This document shows positions 46,457-53,232 of a stretch of DNA of 53,232 bases, one piece after another. The stretch spans positions 1 to 53,232 of the forward strand of contig JBHLPF010000021.1 of assembly GCA_048939765.1 (NCBI GenBank). Reading direction: 5' to 3'. The position numbers and the translations under genes were made by a program. The notes under the pieces are model-generated. The model did no database searches, was not told the DNA's origin, and saw only the letters and a list, made by a program, of their open reading frames with translations. How positions within the stretch are numbered: the first letter of the stretch is position 1; the number at the start of each line of letters is the position of its first letter. Source of the DNA: Promethearchaeota archaeon. Lineage in GTDB: Archaea; Asgardarchaeota; Thorarchaeia; Thorarchaeales; Thorarchaeaceae.

Positions 46457-47563
46457 TTAAGATTGAATTCTTCTAGCAATGAACTCGTAATCATTCTCGG
46501 AAAGCCTGCCGTCTTGTACCCTACGGTTGGCTTCATCCAGTAGTGTCCAGGATACTCCCTTCTTGATATATCCTAGCCTCGTGAGTTTCTCCTCGAGAAG
46601 TGGTTTGCTGCTCAAGTCATGAGGCAGCTCAATCTTTGAACATCTTGAGGCTTGGTAAAGTTGTTTCTCAACATGGTCGGGAATCTCTCGGGTCGCTAAT
46701 GCATAGATCTTGGCCAAAGTCAATAATGCTCTTGCACCAAGGTCTTCTGATGACCAGCCCGCATCAGTCCCTACGATGCAGATTTTCGACCTTCGGACGC
46801 ATTTCTTCAGGCAATACTGGCATATCACGGGTTCAAGAATGGCATCTCCCATCGAAAGATCAATCTTCAAGGTTCCTTCGTCAAGTTCTATGATACAATG
46901 GGCGCTTGTTGAGCTGATGCCAAATGCCTCTGCATTTATCCTGATTATCCCCATCTCTTCCTTCGAATTCGGTCGCAATTGATTGGGGCTCACAATTGGT
47001 TGTTGTGCTGGACATGCGTTTTCGGTCAGCAATACGATAGATGGGAGGTTTGGATTGCAGTCGTTACCGCACAACGTTGAAACAAGGCATCTTATTGTTT
47101 CTTCAACGCTTTCTAAATGGTGAACTGAGGGCTGGAATCCCAAGACCTTTTCGATGTGCCTAATAGCTTCTTCTGTTCCTCGTCCATTTCCTACAATGGC
47201 TACAATGAGGAATGCTTTGGACTTGTCGTTTAGATTTCTATAGAGATCTACAAATGAGTCAGCTTCTTCAGGTCTGAGCACTATTATCGCTGCCCTGTGC
47301 CCTCGCATGAATGTTTGAGTGAGGCCTGGAAACCTTTCCGTCGTGGGCAATGCCCACAACTGAAGCACAGCTTCTCTGCCATCGCCTAGTCTAGTCCTGG
47401 ATACTCCGATGCCTACTCCAACTGTTGAATGCAGTTGATAAGCTACCGTACCATCCGCAGCAATATTGAGAAATCCTGTTTGAAGAGCCGAATTCACACC
47501 AAGAACTAACGCCTTGTACATGACTCTGGCACTGTCAGGGATTCTGTTTGAACGGCGATTCAC
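46457..47563 (-). CDS. Degenerate Rab/Ras-like small GTPase domain fused to a Cys-rich (putative Zn-binding) domain
   Basis: YKALVLG, STVGVGI, LQLWALPTTERFPGLTQTFMRG..AAIIV and IVGN follow Rab motif order, but the G1/G3/G4 catalytic residues are lost. CQYCLKKC...C downstream. An alternative start is ATG 47521. Confidence 0.65.
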   Translation of the reverse strand: MNRRSNRIPDSARVMYKALVLGVNSALQTGFLNIAADGTVAYQLHSTVGVGIGVSRTRLGDGREAVLQLWALPTTERFPGLTQTFMRGHRAAIIVLRPEEADSFVDLYRNLNDKSKAFLIVAIVGNGRGTEEAIRHIEKVLGFQPSVHHLESVEETIRCLVSTLCGNDCNPNLPSIVLLTENACPAQQPIVSPNQLRPNSKEEMGIIRINAEAFGISSTSAHCIIELDEGTLKIDLSMGDAILEPVICQYCLKKCVRRSKICIVGTDAGWSSEDLGARALLTLAKIYALATREIPDHVEKQLYQASRCSKIELPHDLSSKPLLEEKLTRLGYIKKGVSWTLLDEANRRVQDGRLSENDYEFIARRIQS

Positions 47564-47854
47564 AGACTCACATTCTCAAAGACGAAAAAATAGATATGGG
47601 TCATGGATGCCTTGTCTTAAGATGACGAAGTATGATCAAATGGGACAAGAAGGCGAGTCCCAAGGTTAGGGAGAAATTTGCGAAGCTCACGATTCAACAG
47701 ATGTTATCTAAGGAAATCAAGCCAGATGACTGCTCAGGAATATACGGATTTTCCAAGAGTCATACGGCAGGCGATGATACACAGGAAGATTTCTGAGTTC
47801 GACATGATGAGATAACTTTAATCAGCCGTAGTCTTTCGTTTCTCCTTGATTAAG

Positions 47855-48214
47855 ATGGTCAAGGTATACAGGGCATCTGATGTAGATTTGAAGGGTCGGG
47901 CAGGCTACGGCGTCAAATACGTTGCAGATATCGCCCTCACAAACCCAATAGATAGTGCCGGCTTCATTCTTGTCAGGATTCCACCAGAGATGAAGACTAC
48001 TCCCCATGCCCATGCGAAGCTCGATGAAGCCTTCATGATTATGAATCCCACAAGAATGGGTGTTGACGAGACTCTTTTTGACCTCGATGAGGGGGATGTT
48101 GTTTTGGTTAAGCCCGGTGAACGGCATTGGTTTGAAACGCCTGACGGTCGAGATGTTATTATTCTGGCAGTGAAATTGCCAAACCTGAAAGATGACAAGA
48201 TTGAAACTGCTTGA
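47855..48214 (+). CDS. Cupin-domain protein
   Basis: PHAH...EAF and GDVVLVKPGERHWF cupin metal motifs. Likely start is ATG 47855. Confidence 0.88.
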   Translation: MVKVYRASDVDLKGRAGYGVKYVADIALTNPIDSAGFILVRIPPEMKTTPHAHAKLDEAFMIMNPTRMGVDETLFDLDEGDVVLVKPGERHWFETPDGRDVIILAVKLPNLKDDKIETA

Positions 48215-48222
48215 ATCTCACC

Positions 48223-48630
48223 CTAGTCGTCTTCTTCATAATCCCTGAACATCATGTCTAGGCGATCCCTTCCTAATGGATTGCGTGATTCAGGAACAGA
48301 CCTCTCAAGAATGCCATCAAGCTGCCTCCAGTCCTCATGTCGCTTCTTCCTCCCATACACTCCAGCCAGAGTTATGACAATATATGACAAAATTCCTACA
48401 ATGTAGAGTTCTGTCCTTGAAGCAAAGAAGGACGACATTAATGCCATCGCGAGCACAGCAATACCCCCCACTATCATCGTATTGATGAAGCAGTCACATC
48501 GTATCTCAAGTGCTGGAGGTCCAATAAGGAAATCATCTGGGTCCGATCCGGGAGCGCGATTTAGAATGTAGTTGAACCAGGAAGCAAGAAGCACTCCACC
48601 AAGAACGCCTAGAGCTACTATTGGGTCCAC
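48223..48630 (-). CDS. Hypothetical membrane protein (about 3 TM helices)
   Basis: Three hydrophobic stretches and an acidic C-terminus. Lies 25 nt downstream of the PIN gene on the same strand. Confidence 0.7.
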   Translation of the reverse strand: MDPIVALGVLGGVLLASWFNYILNRAPGSDPDDFLIGPPALEIRCDCFINTMIVGGIAVLAMALMSSFFASRTELYIVGILSYIVITLAGVYGRKKRHEDWRQLDGILERSVPESRNPLGRDRLDMMFRDYEEDD

Positions 48631-48655
48631 TTTTCACACATCCAATATGCACAGA

Positions 48656-50470
48656 TTACACTTCAGGTTCAGGTTCTGCGATTTTGAGCCAGCTGAAACC
48701 ATACTCTCCTTCATAGGAGACCTCTGAATCCTCGCCAGGAGTTATGATGAGCATGACCGCGTATTGGTCCATGACTTCTGGATCTGCATTCGCCAGGCTG
48801 AATTTACCTCCAGTTAGCGCTACCTTATGTCCTGTCTTTAAGCTTCCAAGCTCAGGTTGTTTCATGATGTCTATCCCGATTCTGACCTGAAGCTGTTCAT
48901 TTCTAACGACAAGCATTGCATCTCCGCCTATCGTTTCGACTGATAGGACATCCATCCAACTGCAAATCTCATCGGGCAGCTCCTCCAATTCAATGGGCTC
49001 CTTGGTAGTCATGTCTTCTATTGGCGACAAATTGCCTTGAATCTCGTTTAGGATTGGAGTTATCTTTGATGTGTCCCAGCCTTTCTTTACAAACATCTTG
49101 AGAGCATGTTCGGCTATCTTCTCCAAAGCAGGCTTGAATCTGTCATGCGATGATGATGAGATCTTGTAAAGCATGAGGAAGGATGCAAGAGCCCCTTCTT
49201 CCTTGCCATAAGCAACGCCGATTTTATATGAAGTCACAACTAGCTGCCATGCGTTATCATGTTCATCGAATTGAATTGCATGCTTTGCGATGTCGCTTAA
49301 TAATCTAAGAGTTGCAGATGGGTATTGGAGCTTGCTTTTTGTGAGAGAGAAGCCGCCCATGAATTCTCTCAAGACTTGCATGATGACGTATAGACCTTCA
49401 GAGGTTTCAATCATATCTTCGAGGCCTACTCTCCGAATCATCGAGTCGTAAAGGGAGTAATAGTAATCTATCTCGTCGTAATCCTCGCGAATCATAGCCA
49501 GAACAATTCTCACGAAGAACACACTTGCCTTGAGTTCATCGTTGGAAACTCCAGCGAACATGAGGAGCCTGAACGCCTCATCAGAGATTGTCAGTGCCTC
49601 CTCAATACCCTTCCTGGTTCCTCGGTAAAGGTGACAAATCATCTCCAAGTAGTAGAGAAACAGTGTTAGGTCTGATGCATGGTGAACAAGCTTCGAATGG
49701 GTGTCCGAATCGTTCGTGAGAGTTGAAACTATAAGGAGTCGTTCGATCTCATTTTGAATTGCTTCAATCTCTTTAGCCAAGGTGTCGTACTTTCCATTCC
49801 TGAAGTCATCAAACATGGTAGGAATTCCAGCTTTTATATCCTCAAGGAAGTCAAGAATGAAAAGTGGCTGTCCCCTGGAAAGCTGTCTGTCGAGTCCCTC
49901 AGCTGGTGCCTTGACTGTTCTCAACACGCGCATTGCATGTTCTTCTATGAGCCTAATTCTTGTCACCGGGTCATATGCTTCCTGACGAGCAATGCTGTAT
50001 CTCACTTCCTCTCCATAGATTCTCTCACGAAGTACCGACAGCTTCTGCTTTAGCTCCTCGTCGTCGATTGATTCCATCAACTCCAAGACAAAAGCCGAAC
50101 CGACTAATCCTTCCACATCGACTTTGATGTCCTGAATTGTGTTGAGCAGCTTCAAGTCACTCGTGACTATCTTTGACTTCTTGACTCTCATCGCCCCAAG
50201 AATGAGTGACATATCATTGTGTTGCGGAAGGGAGCTCTCAGGCTTATTGATGCTTTCAATAAGCTCCTTGATGTCCTTTGTGAGAGTTTCGTCAATCTGC
50301 ACGATTTGCTCTGCCTCTCTCCTTAGGTACCATCTGAGCTCCTGAAAGACCTGACGGGTGACCCAGAGTTCCATTCCTGCTTTATCAGCCGCCTCCTTCA
50401 CAATGAAGACATCTTTTGGTCGATTGCTGAAACCGCTGATGAAGAAGTTTGCATCAAGATATACGCGCAT
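48656..50470 (-). CDS. Large PIN-domain protein (N-terminal PIN, helical middle, beta-rich C-terminus)
   Basis: MRVYLDANFFI, VFQEL, NDMSLI and IVTSDLKL supply the four PIN acidic positions. Confidence 0.78.
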   Translation of the reverse strand: MRVYLDANFFISGFSNRPKDVFIVKEAADKAGMELWVTRQVFQELRWYLRREAEQIVQIDETLTKDIKELIESINKPESSLPQHNDMSLILGAMRVKKSKIVTSDLKLLNTIQDIKVDVEGLVGSAFVLELMESIDDEELKQKLSVLRERIYGEEVRYSIARQEAYDPVTRIRLIEEHAMRVLRTVKAPAEGLDRQLSRGQPLFILDFLEDIKAGIPTMFDDFRNGKYDTLAKEIEAIQNEIERLLIVSTLTNDSDTHSKLVHHASDLTLFLYYLEMICHLYRGTRKGIEEALTISDEAFRLLMFAGVSNDELKASVFFVRIVLAMIREDYDEIDYYYSLYDSMIRRVGLEDMIETSEGLYVIMQVLREFMGGFSLTKSKLQYPSATLRLLSDIAKHAIQFDEHDNAWQLVVTSYKIGVAYGKEEGALASFLMLYKISSSSHDRFKPALEKIAEHALKMFVKKGWDTSKITPILNEIQGNLSPIEDMTTKEPIELEELPDEICSWMDVLSVETIGGDAMLVVRNEQLQVRIGIDIMKQPELGSLKTGHKVALTGGKFSLANADPEVMDQYAVMLIITPGEDSEVSYEGEYGFSWLKIAEPEPEV

Positions 50471-50742
50471 CTAATCTGACTCCATGACTTGCCATCCCAA
50501 GTGGGGGTGGGGACTCCCTCGACTGCGAATGCTTGTCGTCTGGTCTGAATTTCGACTTGCATTAAGGTCTTTCGCTGGGGATGTAACTTGGATAGGCATG
50601 AGGGAGCACGGAAAAACATTTTGCTCTATTCAGGCTCTCTGTCTGGCTTTATTACGTACTTTCTTAGGGAATTCGTACCTCTTTTCCTGTATTCTGGGTA
50701 ACTGATTCCTAACTGATGAGAGGAAAAACGTGATTATACACC

Positions 50743-51036
50743 CTAGATTTCAATGTCTTCGATTCCATTATCTATTGCATATTTTATTGCTTCAGCTTCG
50801 GTTTCAAATCTTCTGACGACATCAAATTCGTAATATGATGTATCTCCATCTCTTTCCAGTTCCATTATTGGTCTAGCAAATTGTCCTGGATCGAAATATA
50901 CTCTGACCAAACAGATGACCTTGGTTTTAGCAGCCTCAGCGCATGCTTCACATTTGAGGGGCCCTTTTGCACAATGCGGCGGCGAGATGACTCTAATCAT
51001 CTCCTCATATGACCTGTCGTTCTCTGAAAAGTCCAT
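50743..51036 (-). CDS. Small Cys-rich hypothetical protein
   Basis: 97-aa ATG-started ORF containing HCAKGPLKCEAC...IC. Protein-like composition and no overlap with other genes. Confidence 0.65.
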   Translation of the reverse strand: MDFSENDRSYEEMIRVISPPHCAKGPLKCEACAEAAKTKVICLVRVYFDPGQFARPIMELERDGDTSYYEFDVVRRFETEAEAIKYAIDNGIEDIEI

Positions 51037-51487
51037 GCTATAAGCAATACACTTTGTGCTTTGAGTCTATCTTGCTCGGACCAAGTCATCCTTTTACAAG
51101 TTCAAACACTTTGCTTCTTAGTCCCAAAGAAACTCTCGACGCATAGATGTCACATTGCCCACTTCTCGCGTGTTTGACTTTTAGGTGGTAGCCTGAACGA
51201 AGATGTATTGGTGCAGGTCGTTGTTCGTCAGATAAGCACATAATGATGGCGCCAAATCGAATTGGCGTCTTGTTTAGACTCAATTTGCTAACAAAAAATA
51301 GGGAAGTATTATATCTGCGATAAACCTGTTTTTGCATGTTCGCTGGGCGGCCGAGAAGGGAGAGAGAGGTCGCGCGCACCCGCCAGCGTTAATTGGATCT
51401 AGGATTCGCTGGGGATGCCACCACGGCCTATGCGTGCTAGACCCTTATTCCTCATGTCGGGCGTCTTGAGAGGAGGCATACGCACAC

Positions 51488-53232
51488 ATGAGCCGGAGAC
51501 TAATGAGAGTCCGACTACTATCTCTTGTTTTTATGACGATGATGCTTGTTGGGTATATCCCGCAGGCTGTTTGGGCTGGACAGGTTTTGCAGCGGGAAGA
51601 GCCCCTGTTTAGGGACCCGTTGGCCAAGTATGATATCGAACCCGTGTATATCATCTATGACCCTTCACACGATTTAATGAAGGCCATAGCAGAAGATGTG
51701 CATGAAGTTCTCGATTTTAGGCTTGAGCAAATTCGAATGATACCAATCACGGACTGGAGAGGCCTTGAGACCGCTCTGATGGACGAACCTTGGATAGCCA
51801 TCTACGCTTTACAGTCACATCTTGAGGGCGTTCAATTCGCTGAAATGAATGTGACTTGGGATCAATTCTATGAGCTGTTATCGAAGCATGGAATGACACA
51901 GCATATTGTGGGTATGGGGAATACGCGGTCATTGGAACCGTTCATCCCTGAGTCTAACACAAATATCCGAACCAGCGAAGCGGAGCAAATTGATGGTTTG
52001 CTCTTAGCTTTCTTTGACATGTGGACATTGCATGAAGCTGTATCCACTAAATCTCAAGTTAGCAGCGATTATGAGAATGCAGCTGGAGACCTTCGAACCA
52101 TAGCACTGAAAATCTATGGCGACAACTTCAATGCGTTCTTCAAGCGGAGCATAGAGCCAATAAATCCTGTTGGCGAGATAGATACCAACGATTTAAACCG
52201 GCGAACAGAAGAGATGTGGGCCAGGCACGCACCAACGATTGAGCCCGCATTCTACCACATGGCTGAGGACGGGGAGCTAATTGAGCTGCCTGAGGATGAG
52301 CTTCCCGAAGACTTCTCCCCTGCGATTAAGCTTAGTGCCGCTGAGGAAGTCGCATCTAGTGATTACATTCTGGGTGAGATTCCGCTTCTATCTGCCCTCA
52401 GAGGACCTATTGGAGAGATTATTGATGTTCTGCTGAGCGTGCTTGGAGATTCTGGTTCAACAGTCATCTCCATCCCAACAGATCTCATCGAGACCATAAA
52501 GGAGCTCTTTCAGGTTCTGGAACCAATTATCGGGATTGTGAAGGACTTTGACCTAGAGTCTCCTCTGAAATCAATTGTACAGGCCATCGCAAATGAGTTC
52601 CCATTTCTAGCAGAGTTCAAGGATTATCTGAACATCATCTTGAAGGCTCTGTTCAATTTCAGAGGCGATATAGAGAGTATCCTCGGTATTGTCGGAGAGC
52701 TGGTAACAGCGCTTCTGCCAGACTCGGTTCCTGACATCGTAAAGGGCTTCATTGGACAGATTCTTGGCACCGAGAATGGTCTATGGGACTTGATCAGCAA
52801 TGTTGTTTCGGAGGGCAAGGGTGTATTTGATACAATCTTCAGCTTCTTCACAAAGAACACCCTTCAAGCATTCCTCAATAAGACCCTTGCCGCCACGCTA
52901 GGAATGACCTCTGGACAGGTTTCCACACTACTTCCGCGAATCATCAGCTTCGTGGAAGGGACGATTGACTTTTTGACTTCCAAGGACTTTGTGAAATTCA
53001 TCGAAACTATAGGCACAGACCTGCTGGGCTCAATCCTCTCAGTGACTGGCTTGGATGATGCCGTGGATAAGGTGATGTCCATTGTCAAAATGGGCATGTC
53101 CGCTTTCGACCTATTGGATGAGTTCGACACGACCTCATTCCTGCAATTTGGTATGGATATGTTGAATGAGATAATAGGGCCTTCCAACATCCCTGGTGGG
53201 GCTGAAGACCTTGCTCAACAGATAATGGGTGT
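51488..53232 (+). CDS. Large secreted protein, 5' part only (runs off the window)
   Basis: My translation is open from ATG 51488 to the end (about 581 codons): MSRRLMRVRLLSLVFMTMMLVGYIPQAVWA signal peptide, a globular region, then an amphipathic helical region. AGGAGG at 51471-51476. Missing from the ORF track because it has no stop codon in the window. Confidence 0.85.
   Translation, partial: MSRRLMRVRLLSLVFMTMMLVGYIPQAVWAGQVLQREEPLFRDPLAKYDIEPVYIIYDPSHDLMKAIAEDVHEVLDFRLEQIRMIPITDWRGLETALMDEPWIAIYALQSHLEGVQFAEMNVTWDQFYELLSKHGMTQHIVGMGNTRSLEPFIPESNTNIRTSEAEQIDGLLLAFFDMWTLHEAVSTKSQVSSDYENAAGDLRTIALKIYGDNFNAFFKRSIEPINPVGEIDTNDLNRRTEEMWARHAPTIEPAFYHMAEDGELIELPEDELPEDFSPAIKLSAAEEVASSDYILGEIPLLSALRGPIGEIIDVLLSVLGDSGSTVISIPTDLIETIKELFQVLEPIIGIVKDFDLESPLKSIVQAIANEFPFLAEFKDYLNIILKALFNFRGDIESILGIVGELVTALLPDSVPDIVKGFIGQILGTENGLWDLISNVVSEGKGVFDTIFSFFTKNTLQAFLNKTLAATLGMTSGQVSTLLPRIISFVEGTIDFLTSKDFVKFIETIGTDLLGSILSVTGLDDAVDKVMSIVKMGMSAFDLLDEFDTTSFLQFGMDMLNEIIGPSNIPGGAEDLAQQIMG

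Noticed and set aside
47564-47845. Intergenic gaps here and at 50471-50742 inspected for tRNA, SECIS or other ncRNA
   Set aside because: No cloverleaf, T-loop motif or convincing stem found by eye, and no in-frame TGA selenoprotein candidate nearby. A covariance-model search would be needed to exclude them fully.
52624-53190. Two minus-strand ORFs at the window end, plus 51415-51612, 51445-51654 and 51747-51932
   Set aside because: They overlap the long plus-strand ORF starting at 51488, which has an SD sequence and a signal peptide.

Overview
Gene-dense archaeal chromosomal window. The gene content suggests an Asgard archaeon, most likely Thorarchaeia (inference from a longin-like receptor tail, a Rab-like protein, a Thor-type LRR protein and giant N-glycosylation-rich surface proteins). 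In order it holds: two tandem DUF4139/DUF4140 (MuiA-like) genes; a complete Dpp/Opp ABC peptide transporter operon; ppdK; a fold-type II PLP enzyme; a membrane-anchored SAM methyltransferase; a 1586-aa single-pass LamG/Ig-like receptor with a cytoplasmic longin-like domain; a Gfo/Idh/MocA + IolD-like ThDP enzyme + GPH transporter cluster; an LRR protein; an acyl-CoA synthetase alpha subunit; two translationally coupled paralogous ~2570-aa single-pass surface proteins with conserved cytoplasmic tails; a minus-strand run (pseudo-Rab/Zn protein, TIGR00725, PPP phosphatase, DUF362, DPPR-synthase-type UbiA, PHP hydrolase, flippase-like protein); a cupin; a large PIN-domain protein; and the 5' part of a large secreted protein missing from the ORF track. 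The most interesting candidates are (i) a modular family of giant adhesion/receptor-like proteins, including a putative heterodimeric pair, (ii) an adjacent putative polyprenyl-phospho-pentose donor pathway and (iii) a probably catalytically dead Rab-like protein in the same gene run as a PPP phosphatase. I saw no rRNA, tRNA, CRISPR array or mobile element. All family calls come from motif recognition by eye, not from database searches.
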